The position numbers and the translations under genes are program-made. This document shows positions 19,577-28,108 of a stretch of DNA of 63,821 bases, one piece after another; within the stretch, counting starts at the first letter, position 1, and each line of letters opens with the position of its first letter. The notes under the pieces are model-generated. The model made no database searches. It saw nothing but the letters and a program-made list of their open reading frames with translations, and was not told the origin of the DNA. Origin of the DNA: Alphaproteobacteria bacterium (lineage in GTDB: Bacteria; Pseudomonadota; Alphaproteobacteria; Micavibrionales; Micavibrionaceae); NCBI GenBank assembly GCA_023700945.1, contig JAMPXY010000001.1:1-63821 (forward strand). Direction: 5' to 3'.

Positions 19577-21289
19577 TTACTTCTTCTTGGCTTCGCCGAG
19601 AGCGGCACCCAAGATATCACCCAGAGACGCACCGGACTCGGTCGAACCGAACTCTTCCATGGCTTGCTTGTCTTCGTCGATTTCACGCGCTTTGATCGAC
19701 AGACCGAGCTTGCGTGACTTCTTATCGATAGAGACAACCTTGGCATCGACTTTTTCGCCTACGGCAAAACGGTCAGGACGCTGCTCGGAACGCTCGCGGG
19801 AGAGATCGACTTTCTTGATGTAACCGGAAACTTTTTCGTTCACGGAAACTTCAATGCCTTTATCGTCCACAGCGGTGATCGTGCAGGTAACAACGGCGCC
19901 TTTGTTGATGCCTTCGAGGGCGCCAACATTGGGGTCTTCCCCGCCGAGTTGTTTGATCCCAAGAGCAACGCGTTCTTTTTCGGCGTCAATCTCAAGGATT
20001 TTGACCTTGACCATGTCGCCTTTGTTGAACGCCTTGAGGGCTTCTTCGCTCTCGTCATCCCATGAGATGTCAGAGAGGTGAACCATGCCGTCGATATCGC
20101 CGGAGAGACCTACAAACAGGCCAAATTCGGTAATATTACGGATTTCACCTTCGAGAACCTGACCGTCTTTATGATCAGCAGCAAACTTGATCCACGGATT
20201 TTCCGAGCATTGTTTGATGCCGAGCGAAATACGGCGTTTCTCTTCATCGACATCCAGAACCATGACCTCGACTTCTTGTGAGGTCGAAACGATTTTTCCT
20301 GGATGCGCATTTTTCTTGGTCCATGACATTTCAGAAACGTGTACCAGACCTTCGATACCGGCTTCGAGCTCAACAAAGGCACCGTAATCGGTGATGTTGT
20401 TGACACGGCCTGTGTATTTCTGGCCCGGGGCATATTTCTCAGCAATACCTTTCCAGGGATCGCTTTCGAGTTGTTTCATGCCCAGAGAAATACGCTGGTT
20501 TTCTTCGTTGTAACGGATGACCTGCACCTGAATCGCTTGGCCGACATGCAGCATCTCGGATGGATGGCTGACGCGTTTCCACGAAATATCGGTGACGTGC
20601 AGAAGACCATCAACGCCGCCGAGATCAATAAACGCACCGTAATCGGTGATGTTCTTGACCACGCCTTGCAGAACCTGACCTTCTTTGAGGGTGCCCAGAA
20701 TTTCGGAACGAACTTCTTGACGGCTCTCCTCGAGAACGGCGCGACGCGAGACAACGATGTTGCCACGGCTGCGGTCCATTTTCAGGATCTGGAAAGGTTG
20801 CGGTGTGCCCATCAACGGCGAAACATCGCGCACCGGGCGGATGTCCACTTGCGAACCGGGCAGGAAGGCCACAGCACCGCCGAGATCGACAGTGAAGCCG
20901 CCTTTAACGCGACCGAAGATAATGCCGGTGACGCGCTCTTGTTTGTTGCAGGCTTTTTCAAGCTCGACCCAAACTTCTTCGCGGCGGGCTTTCTCACGGC
21001 TGATGGCGGTTTCACCATCGCGGTTTTCCATACGTTCGATGAACACCTCGACCTTGTCGCCGATTTTAATTTCAGGCGATTGGCCGGGCAGGGAGAATTC
21101 ACGCAAAGGGACGCGGCCTTCAGATTTCAGGCCAACATCAATGATCGCAAAATCAGCGGTCATGTTAACGATACGGCCTACAACCACGTTACCTTCAACG
21201 CGTTTGCCTTTGGCCATGGTTTCGTTCAGTAGATTGGCGAAGTCAGAAACTTCGTCACGGTCTTTCAGATTTTTGGCTACACTTGCCAT
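19577..21289 (-). CDS. rpsA: 30S ribosomal protein S1
   Basis: 570 aa with six S1 repeats ('G.V..I.D.GAF..L'-type units throughout), downstream of cmk. Confidence 0.95.
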   Translation of the reverse strand: MASVAKNLKDRDEVSDFANLLNETMAKGKRVEGNVVVGRIVNMTADFAIIDVGLKSEGRVPLREFSLPGQSPEIKIGDKVEVFIERMENRDGETAISREKARREEVWVELEKACNKQERVTGIIFGRVKGGFTVDLGGAVAFLPGSQVDIRPVRDVSPLMGTPQPFQILKMDRSRGNIVVSRRAVLEESRQEVRSEILGTLKEGQVLQGVVKNITDYGAFIDLGGVDGLLHVTDISWKRVSHPSEMLHVGQAIQVQVIRYNEENQRISLGMKQLESDPWKGIAEKYAPGQKYTGRVNNITDYGAFVELEAGIEGLVHVSEMSWTKKNAHPGKIVSTSQEVEVMVLDVDEEKRRISLGIKQCSENPWIKFAADHKDGQVLEGEIRNITEFGLFVGLSGDIDGMVHLSDISWDDESEEALKAFNKGDMVKVKILEIDAEKERVALGIKQLGGEDPNVGALEGINKGAVVTCTITAVDDKGIEVSVNEKVSGYIKKVDLSRERSEQRPDRFAVGEKVDAKVVSIDKKSRKLGLSIKAREIDEDKQAMEEFGSTESGASLGDILGAALGEAKKK

Positions 21290-21447
21290 AGTTTTAGTTT
21301 CCTTTTTTAGGAAGATGTGTCCACGTCGCCAGAGGATAAGGTCGGGGCGGACCTCTGAAAGAAGCGGCCCCCAGCTTTCATGTCAGCAGGACGGCCCGAT
21401 TCATAGTGGAAAACATGAATCAAATCAATGAAATAAAAGGTTTTTTC

Positions 21448-22083
21448 TTAGCGCGGGCAGTGACGCAAGGCTTGCTGAAACACCTCATCCGGCACCAGAT
21501 GGGTGGTGTCGATATGGATGGCATCGGGGGCGGCTTTCATCGGCGCGTCGGGGCGGTTGCCATCGCGGGTATCCCGAATTTTCATGTCTTCCAGAACTTT
21601 TTCATAAGTAATATCAATACCTTGCTCTATTAACTCCTTGTGGCGGCGCTGGGCGCGGACGGGCTGTTCGGCATCAACGTAGAATTTCAACAGGGCTTTG
21701 GGGAAAATCACGGTGCCGATATCCCGGCCATCAAGGATGGCGCCGGGCTGGCCGCTTTGGGCCGGAAACTGGCGTTGAAATTCAAACAGGGCGGCGCGCA
21801 CCGGGGGCATCGCCGCCACGATCGATGAGCCGCGCCCGGCTTCGGGCCCGCGCAAGGCGGGGTCGTTCAGGCTGGCCGGGTCGATGGTCTGGGCGACTGT
21901 GAGGGCTGCTGCTGCATCTTCAAAGGGCAGGTTTTGCTCGCACAGGGTGAGCGCCACCCGGCGATAGAGCAGGCCGGTATCGAGATAGGCATATCCCAGA
22001 TGTGCGGCCAGTCGCCGCGCCATGGTGCCTTTGCCGCTGGCGGCTGTGCCATCAATGGCTATGACGGGGATGTGTTTTTCCAT
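21448..22083 (-). CDS. cmk: cytidylate kinase
   Basis: 211 aa with the P-loop 'IAIDGTAASGKGT' and 'YLDTGLLYR'. Confidence 0.9.
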   Translation of the reverse strand: MEKHIPVIAIDGTAASGKGTMARRLAAHLGYAYLDTGLLYRRVALTLCEQNLPFEDAAAALTVAQTIDPASLNDPALRGPEAGRGSSIVAAMPPVRAALFEFQRQFPAQSGQPGAILDGRDIGTVIFPKALLKFYVDAEQPVRAQRRHKELIEQGIDITYEKVLEDMKIRDTRDGNRPDAPMKAAPDAIHIDTTHLVPDEVFQQALRHCPR

Positions 22084-22137
22084 GCCCTGTTGTTAGGGCA
22101 AAAGAGCGGTTTTGTAAATCACGCCGTGAGGGGGGCT

Positions 22138-22794
22138 TTATTCCAGAATAGCTTTCCGTGTGGGCTGGATCGAGCGGCGCAGGTGCCCCGGGCAATAAGG
22201 CTGGGTTCTGAACAGTGAGGGCTTGTTGTCCGGCATGCTGCCATAACCGAATTCACGGCGCAGCACGGTGCGTTCCTCGAGAGTGGCCAGCGGTGCACCG
22301 CAATGACGGCTAAAGAGGCCAGAGAGTTTCCCGGTTGACCACTCACAACCCTCGGCGGTTTTGCCGGACTTCAATGCTTCTTGTAGAGGGCGACCCTCAT
22401 CTTGCTGAATGGCAGGGGGGCGGGGCGGGGCGATAAAGGTAATTTCCTGCGCCAGCATCTGTGCCAGATCCACCGGGTTACCAGGGATGCAGGCGCCCTC
22501 CGGCAGGCAGGAGAGGTCAATCATCTCCAGCTCTTTCAGCCACCCCTCGCTTGCACCATCGGTCAGGTTAGACAGGATCTCTTTATGGGCTGGGTTGTTG
22601 AGGACTATATGTTGCAGGTTCTCATTCATCGCCGGGGTGGGGCCGCCGATTTGTCTAATTCCCGTGCAGGCGGTCGCCAGCAGATCAGCCAGAACGATTT
22701 GTTCTGAACGGCCAGTGAAGGGAGTGGCCGCAATCTGTGCGAGGAAATCTTCGAGGGCTGTGACCAGAGTACGTTGATTGTTATTGTCTGACAT
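22138..22794 (-). CDS. hypothetical protein with a GcrA-C-terminal-like Cys/His motif
   Basis: 218 aa ORF between aroA and cmk on the same strand. The C-terminus 'CEWSTG....F...CG.P...(30 aa)...PYCPGHLRRSIQP' resembles the conserved C-terminal block of GcrA. No N-terminal HTH is present. Confidence 0.4.
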   Translation of the reverse strand: MSDNNNQRTLVTALEDFLAQIAATPFTGRSEQIVLADLLATACTGIRQIGGPTPAMNENLQHIVLNNPAHKEILSNLTDGASEGWLKELEMIDLSCLPEGACIPGNPVDLAQMLAQEITFIAPPRPPAIQQDEGRPLQEALKSGKTAEGCEWSTGKLSGLFSRHCGAPLATLEERTVLRREFGYGSMPDNKPSLFRTQPYCPGHLRRSIQPTRKAILE

Positions 22795-22872
22795 GATCGC
22801 CCCTGCCTGTTATTTTTGTGATTGATTGTCCGGCAGAATAAACAGCCTGCGGGATCATGTCAAAGATTGGTG

Positions 22873-24222
22873 TCAGGCCGCTTGCAAAGCTGCGGCCTCG
22901 ATCATGCCCCCGCATTCATTCACCAGTCTGACAAAATTGGGAAAGCTGGTACGGATCGGTGTGCCGTCATCAATCTGGATGGGTTCGGCGCTGACCATGC
23001 CTAATACCAGAAAACTCATGGCGATACGGTGGTCGAGCGCGGTTTCAATCAACGCCCCGCCTTGCGGGGGCTGGCCGTTGCCGTAAATGATCAGGCTGTC
23101 TTCACCCATCTCTAGTTTGACGCCACAGGCGACCAGACCATCGGCTATCATTTGCAGGCGGTCACTTTCTTTGACACGCAGCTCGGCAAGATTGGTCATG
23201 CGGGTGATGCCTTGAGCACAGGCGGCGGCCATCGCCAGTACCGGGAATTCATCAATCATGCTGGGGACGCGCTCTGGCGGGACATCAATTCCCGTGAGCG
23301 CGCCTTTATAGCGGATGATGATGTCGGTGACGGGTTCACCAGCATCGGTTTCAACTTTCACGTAAGTGATATCCGCGCCCATATCTTTGAGGGTCGTGTA
23401 TATGCCGTCACGGCGCGGATTGACGCAGACACGTTGCAGTCTGATATTTGAACCCGGCACGATGCAGGCGGCTACTGCCAGGAAAGCCCCTGACGAGGGA
23501 TCGCCCGGCACATCGACCGCGCAGCCCAGCAACCGGGCCCCGCCTGTGACCGAAATGGCTTCGCCGCCTGGCACTTTGGTGATGTCAACCGGAACGCCAA
23601 AATGGCGCAGCATATTTTCGGAGTGGTCACGTGTGGCATGGCCCTCAATAACAGTCGTGGTGCCTTGAGCATTCAGACCGGCGAGCAGGATTGCTGACTT
23701 CACCTGTGCCGAGGCTACCGGCAAGGTGTATTCAATACCTTTGGCACGGCCTGTTCCTTTGATCGCCAGCGGCAGGCGACCGCCGTCACGACCTAAGAAG
23801 TGCGCGCCCATCTGGCTGAGTGGTTCCATGACCCGCTTCATCGGGCGTTTGATCAACGATTTATCGCCGGTGAAAATCGCGTTTAGCTCATGTGAGGCGC
23901 AGATGCCGAGCAATAGCCGGGTCGAGGTGCCGCTATTCCCCATGTCGAGAATCTCGCTGGGTTCTTTCAAGTGGCCGACACCAATACCCTCCACCCGCCA
24001 CAAACCATCACTGTCATCGACGATTTTGGCCCCGAGCGCACGCATGGCGCTGGCGGTATTCATGACGTCTTCTCCCTCGAGCAGGCCTGAAATCATAGTT
24101 TCACCTTCGGCCAGCGCGCCAAACATCAACGCACGATGGGAGATAGATTTATCGCCCGGGATTCGGGTAGTGCCAGTCAAAGGCCCGGATTTCCGGGAAA
24201 TAAGGGGGGTTGCAAGTGTCAT
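22873..24222 (-). CDS. aroA: 3-phosphoshikimate 1-carboxyvinyltransferase (EPSP synthase)
   Basis: 449 aa with 'PGDKSISHRALMFGALAEGET', 'LGNSGTSTRLL' and 'DHRIAMSFLV'. Confidence 0.95.
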   Translation of the reverse strand: MTLATPLISRKSGPLTGTTRIPGDKSISHRALMFGALAEGETMISGLLEGEDVMNTASAMRALGAKIVDDSDGLWRVEGIGVGHLKEPSEILDMGNSGTSTRLLLGICASHELNAIFTGDKSLIKRPMKRVMEPLSQMGAHFLGRDGGRLPLAIKGTGRAKGIEYTLPVASAQVKSAILLAGLNAQGTTTVIEGHATRDHSENMLRHFGVPVDITKVPGGEAISVTGGARLLGCAVDVPGDPSSGAFLAVAACIVPGSNIRLQRVCVNPRRDGIYTTLKDMGADITYVKVETDAGEPVTDIIIRYKGALTGIDVPPERVPSMIDEFPVLAMAAACAQGITRMTNLAELRVKESDRLQMIADGLVACGVKLEMGEDSLIIYGNGQPPQGGALIETALDHRIAMSFLVLGMVSAEPIQIDDGTPIRTSFPNFVRLVNECGGMIEAAALQAA

Positions 24223-24282
24223 GATGCCTAAATAGACCAGCTATGCCGCAAACGCAAAAAGTTTCAGGGCTGGCGATTAAGT

Positions 24283-24311
24283 TTGACATAATTTTGAGGG
24301 CGGGATTATAA
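24283..24311 (+). promoter_or_regulatory. sigma70-type promoter of paralog A
   Basis: TTGACA (24283-24288), a 17 nt spacer, then TTATAA (24306-24311), 40 nt upstream of the ATG. A near-identical 'TTTGACATAA...TATAAG.CCCTA' arrangement precedes paralog B. Confidence 0.45.
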
Positions 24312-24350
24312 GGCCCTAAATGTTCAACCCCCTAAAGGGAGAATTTAATC

Positions 24351-24908
24351 ATGGTAGATATCACTAAAGGACTGGAAGACTGGGATCGCGCTGTGAGTGC
24401 TCAGGAAGATTTGGCCGGGGCGGCGGGCGCGGTTGACCCTGATCAACTGATGAAAGAAGGCTGGGCCGATTACCTGCAATATAGCTTGGGTAACGAGCAG
24501 CGCCAAACTCTGGATACTCTGGCGCAGATCTGCGGCTGCCAGCAAGCAAGCCGTAATAAGGTAGAACAGCAGCTGGCCAATATGTGCGAAGGCCACCCGG
24601 CCCTGGCGCGTCATCTCTTCAAATATCTGGCGTTACGCGCCAGCGCTCTGAAGGAATCAGCGGTAGCAGGTTCGGTTGAGCAGCAGGCTTATGCGCGATT
24701 CGAAGAGGATATGGCTGCCCGCTGGAAGAATCGTTTGTATAACGATGTTGAATACAGGCTCAGTAAAGTGGCTGAAATGAATGAAGCTCTAGCCTCTATT
24801 TCTCCGGCCTTGCGGCAGGCAGCGCAAGATTTGAAGTCCGTCAGTTTCAAGGATCATCATCAGGCTGTACGTCCATGTGATCCGCAGCGCGTTCGTTATC
24901 TGCCCTGA
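24351..24908 (+). CDS. hypothetical protein, paralog A (185 aa)
   Basis: Helical, Gln/Ala-rich. It shares 'C.C.Q', 'W..L..ND' and 'S.ALRQ.AQ' blocks with the next ORF. It has its own promoter and terminator. Confidence 0.5.
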   Translation: MVDITKGLEDWDRAVSAQEDLAGAAGAVDPDQLMKEGWADYLQYSLGNEQRQTLDTLAQICGCQQASRNKVEQQLANMCEGHPALARHLFKYLALRASALKESAVAGSVEQQAYARFEEDMAARWKNRLYNDVEYRLSKVAEMNEALASISPALRQAAQDLKSVSFKDHHQAVRPCDPQRVRYLP

Positions 24909-24930
24909 GGGTAGTGTAACGTCTTACTAT

Positions 24931-24960
24931 AAAAAAGGCGGGCTAGACCCGCCTTTTTTA
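24931..24960 (+). terminator. rho-independent terminator of paralog A
   Basis: AAAAAA-GGCGGG-ctaga-CCCGCC-TTTTTT. Confidence 0.85.
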
Positions 24961-25008
24961 TAAGCGCTGGCATGACTACAAGAGTGATAATGTCCCCCCT
25001 GTTATTTT

Positions 25009-25038
25009 TTGACATAACCTATTTTTTTATTCTATAAG
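25009..25038 (+). promoter_or_regulatory. sigma70-type promoter of paralog B
   Basis: TTGACA (25009-25014), an 18 nt spacer, then TATAAG (25033-25038). Confidence 0.45.
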
Positions 25039-25073
25039 TCCCTATAACAGAAAAATAAACAAGGAGTTCGGGG

Positions 25074-25577
25074 ATGGAATCAGCTCTTCTGCAAAAACGC
25101 AATCAGATGATCGTGGCGCTTCAGCAACACTCAAATCAGGAAGTGGCTGATAGTTTTGCTGATCCCTGCAGTTGTACGCAGCCTTTTCAGGCAACGGTGA
25201 CAAAGCTGGCCGATCACTTCGGCTATGATGCTGATACTCAGGGGCATATCATGTTGGCGCTTGATGATTTGCTCGCGCACAAAACCAGCCAGGTTGTGCG
25301 TGATCTCAGTGTGCAATTGGCCCAGACTGTGTCCATCGCTCAAGCCAGAGCCGATGCATCGGAGGCCGCAGGTTATGACGTTTTTGCGCACCGCCTTTCA
25401 GCCTATTGGCGGTTGCTTTTGCTGAACGACCAGCATACGGCGCGCCCGGTTAAAGTCATGGAGGCCGATGCTCTGATTGCGCAATCGGTGTCGTCCGCGC
25501 TTCGGCAGCAAGCCCAGCATGTTCGTCCTGTATTGTCGGGTCTGACAGGGGCCTCGCTGCGCCCGGCTTTGTGGTAA
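25074..25577 (+). CDS. hypothetical protein, paralog B (167 aa)
   Basis: 'AAGGAG' RBS. See paralog A for the shared blocks. Confidence 0.5.
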   Translation: MESALLQKRNQMIVALQQHSNQEVADSFADPCSCTQPFQATVTKLADHFGYDADTQGHIMLALDDLLAHKTSQVVRDLSVQLAQTVSIAQARADASEAAGYDVFAHRLSAYWRLLLLNDQHTARPVKVMEADALIAQSVSSALRQQAQHVRPVLSGLTGASLRPALW

Positions 25578-25593
25578 TTTTTATGGCTTGAAG

Positions 25594-25622
25594 AAAAAAG
25601 GCGGGATCATCCCGCCTTTTTA
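25594..25622. terminator. bidirectional rho-independent terminator
   Basis: AAAAAA-GGCGGG-atcat-CCCGCC-TTTTT. It also lies 20 nt from the stop of the convergent GGDEF-EAL gene. Confidence 0.85.
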
Positions 25623-25641
25623 TTTGGGCTGCTTCCCTGTA

Positions 25642-27891
25642 TCAGCTCGCACTAAAACTATTGATGTCACCGCTGTAATTCTGAACAAATTCGGCAAATT
25701 TGTCTTTGGGGATTGGGCGTGAGTAACGGAACCCCTGCACTTCATCACAATTTTGGGCCTGTAGGAAGGCTTCATGCTCTTTGGTCTCAACCCCCTCAGC
25801 GATGACTTTCAGGCTTAAGGAGTGCCCGAGTGCCACAATCGTTCGGGCAATCGCCGCATCATCAGGGTTTTGCAATGCATTGCGAATGAAGGATTGATCG
25901 ATCTTGAGACGATCAATCGGAAATTGGCGCAGGTAAGACAGCGACGAATAACCTGTACCGAAATCATCAATCGCCAGTTCAACTCCGAGATTATGCAGAT
26001 TTTGCAAAATGGTGATGGTGTGCTGAATGTCCTCCATAAATACAGACTCGGTGACTTCCAATTCCAGCTGGTGCGGCGGCAGGCCGCTTTCACGCAGTAT
26101 TTTCGATGTGAAGGCGACAATGTCGCTTTGGTAAAACTGTGCTCCTGAGACGTTGACGGCAATCCGTATGTCGTGTCCGGTCGCACGCCAGCTCATTGCG
26201 GTCTCAACTGCAGTTTTCATGACCCATTCGCCGATTGGAACAATCAGGCCTGATTGTTCGGCAATCGGAATAAACTCGGCCGGGGAGATAAAGTGCCCCC
26301 CTTCCTTGCTGCTGTCGGGTTTCCACCAGCGGATCAGGGCTTCGGCACCGATGACTTTGCCGGAATTGAGATCCAGTTGCGGCTGGTAGTAGAGCATCAA
26401 CTGGTCTTTTTCCATGGCGTCGCGCAGATCGCGCAACATCTGGAAGCGCATTTGCACGGCGCGATCGTAGTCTTCCGAGTATTCCTTGATCGTGTCACGC
26501 CCGTCTTCCTTGGCTCGGTTAAGGGCTATATCGGCATGTTTTAACACCTGATCAGGGTCGACGCCGTCATCAGGAAAGGTTGCCACACCGATCGAGGAGC
26601 GGATCTGGAAATTCTCATTGAAGACCTTGAATGGTTCAGAACGGATGACCCCGATTACACGATCAGCAACATCGCGGGATGTGATGGTTTTGCCGGTCAG
26701 AGGCATGGTGATGGCAAATTCATCCTCACCGGAGCGCGCGACAATCGCTTGTTCCGGCAGGGAGGCCCGTAACCGCTTGGCCACACCGCGCAGAATGGCA
26801 TCGCCGACATTGTGGCCCATTGAATCGTTGATATCTTTGAAATGGTCAAGGTCAAGTGCGACCACGGCATAGCGACCCGGATTTTCGCTGCCTTGGGCCC
26901 GCGCCATCTCATTGAGCTTTTGCAAGAAGAGCGTACGGTTGGGCAGGCTTGTTAGGGTGTCGAAATAAGCCAGCTTGTGGATCTGGTCTTGTGCAGCACT
27001 CTTGATTCGCTTGATGTTATCGGCGTTTTGTTTGATCAGCGATAACGAGATATCAATGGCGCTGCCAATTTCATCATTCGGGTTGAAGGGCGAGCGTTCC
27101 ACCCGTGGATTTTCAGGATTTTCGGAAGCGCGCATTAGATTGGAGCGCAGGAATAAAATAGGTTCCAGAAGCCAATAGCCCAAAGCCATCATCAATACAG
27201 TGGTGACAAAGGCTGACATAAGCAGCATCACCAGAATGTTCTGTTCAACATAGTCGAAAACCTGTTGCTGCACTGAACTGGAATCGATTTTGGCAACAAT
27301 CACGAACGGGCGACTGTATAGATTGCGTGGGCGGAAGATGACTTCGTAAGAAGTGCCATCGTTGTTGAGGCGGTTTTTGGCCTGATAGCCGTTTTGCAGG
27401 GTCAGGCTGGTCATCAATGGTTCGCCGAAAGAGCTCAGCAGATTAAAATCGACTGAATAGACGGCAAGGCCGGAAATCCGGGTGGTCTCGAGCACGCGCC
27501 GCCCTTCATCCTCACTGATAGGTGACGTCAGCAAGTTTTGAATGCGTTCCTCGATCAGCGGCACTACGGCCGAGCGGGCTGATTCGCTGATTTCATCTAG
27601 GCGTTTCTGGCGATAATCAGCAATGGTCATGCTCATGATCCCCACCTGTACGGTCAGGATGGTCAAGAACACCACCATGGTAATGCGCCAGCTCAGGCGG
27701 CTTTTCCAGATGTCACCGGGCGAGCGCATCAGACGACTGCTTAACGCTGCGGATTTTGCTGAACGGCTGGCGGCTTTGGCAGGGGTGCGTGCCGCTCCTT
27801 TACCGCGTGAGGCTGCTGTTGGGCTGCCAGAGTGGTGTACGCGCGTTGCCGCTGATGGTCGAGCCATCGGTTGTTTACTCGGAGTTGTCAT
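25642..27891 (-). CDS. membrane-bound GGDEF-EAL protein (likely c-di-GMP phosphodiesterase; degenerate cyclase motif)
   Basis: 749 aa with two TM segments around a periplasmic domain. The GGDEF domain carries 'RSGEDEF' (GEDEF in place of GGDEF). The EAL domain has intact 'EALIRW', 'ELEVTES', 'DDFGTGYSSL', 'KIDQSF', 'EGVET' and 'QGF'. Confidence 0.88.
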   Translation of the reverse strand: MTTPSKQPMARPSAATRVHHSGSPTAASRGKGAARTPAKAASRSAKSAALSSRLMRSPGDIWKSRLSWRITMVVFLTILTVQVGIMSMTIADYRQKRLDEISESARSAVVPLIEERIQNLLTSPISEDEGRRVLETTRISGLAVYSVDFNLLSSFGEPLMTSLTLQNGYQAKNRLNNDGTSYEVIFRPRNLYSRPFVIVAKIDSSSVQQQVFDYVEQNILVMLLMSAFVTTVLMMALGYWLLEPILFLRSNLMRASENPENPRVERSPFNPNDEIGSAIDISLSLIKQNADNIKRIKSAAQDQIHKLAYFDTLTSLPNRTLFLQKLNEMARAQGSENPGRYAVVALDLDHFKDINDSMGHNVGDAILRGVAKRLRASLPEQAIVARSGEDEFAITMPLTGKTITSRDVADRVIGVIRSEPFKVFNENFQIRSSIGVATFPDDGVDPDQVLKHADIALNRAKEDGRDTIKEYSEDYDRAVQMRFQMLRDLRDAMEKDQLMLYYQPQLDLNSGKVIGAEALIRWWKPDSSKEGGHFISPAEFIPIAEQSGLIVPIGEWVMKTAVETAMSWRATGHDIRIAVNVSGAQFYQSDIVAFTSKILRESGLPPHQLELEVTESVFMEDIQHTITILQNLHNLGVELAIDDFGTGYSSLSYLRQFPIDRLKIDQSFIRNALQNPDDAAIARTIVALGHSLSLKVIAEGVETKEHEAFLQAQNCDEVQGFRYSRPIPKDKFAEFVQNYSGDINSFSAS

Positions 27892-28108
27892 GTATCTATT
27901 AAACTTGCCCTGATACAGTTGCTATTCGACTCGCAACGCGATGAAACGCTAGTTTCCCCACCACAAGTCCCCACACTCTCATTTTACGACCCAAGTCGTT
28001 AAGATTATATTTAAAAATAGCCTGAACCGGCTTGTATGATTATTCGTAAAGTACTGTAAAACAATACATTTTTAGGGTATATCAAAAGATACTAAAATAA
28101 AAGCCAAA

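Noticed and set aside
20339-21232. A 297 aa plus-strand ORF antisense to rpsA. Similar long antisense ORFs occur at 122-721, 6457-7086, 9915-10502, 28118-29023, 38896-39600 and 55041-55700.
   Set aside because: Each lies entirely inside a confidently identified gene on the other strand. Their translations are Arg/Gly/Ala/His-rich low-information sequence with no motifs. They are typical shadow ORFs.
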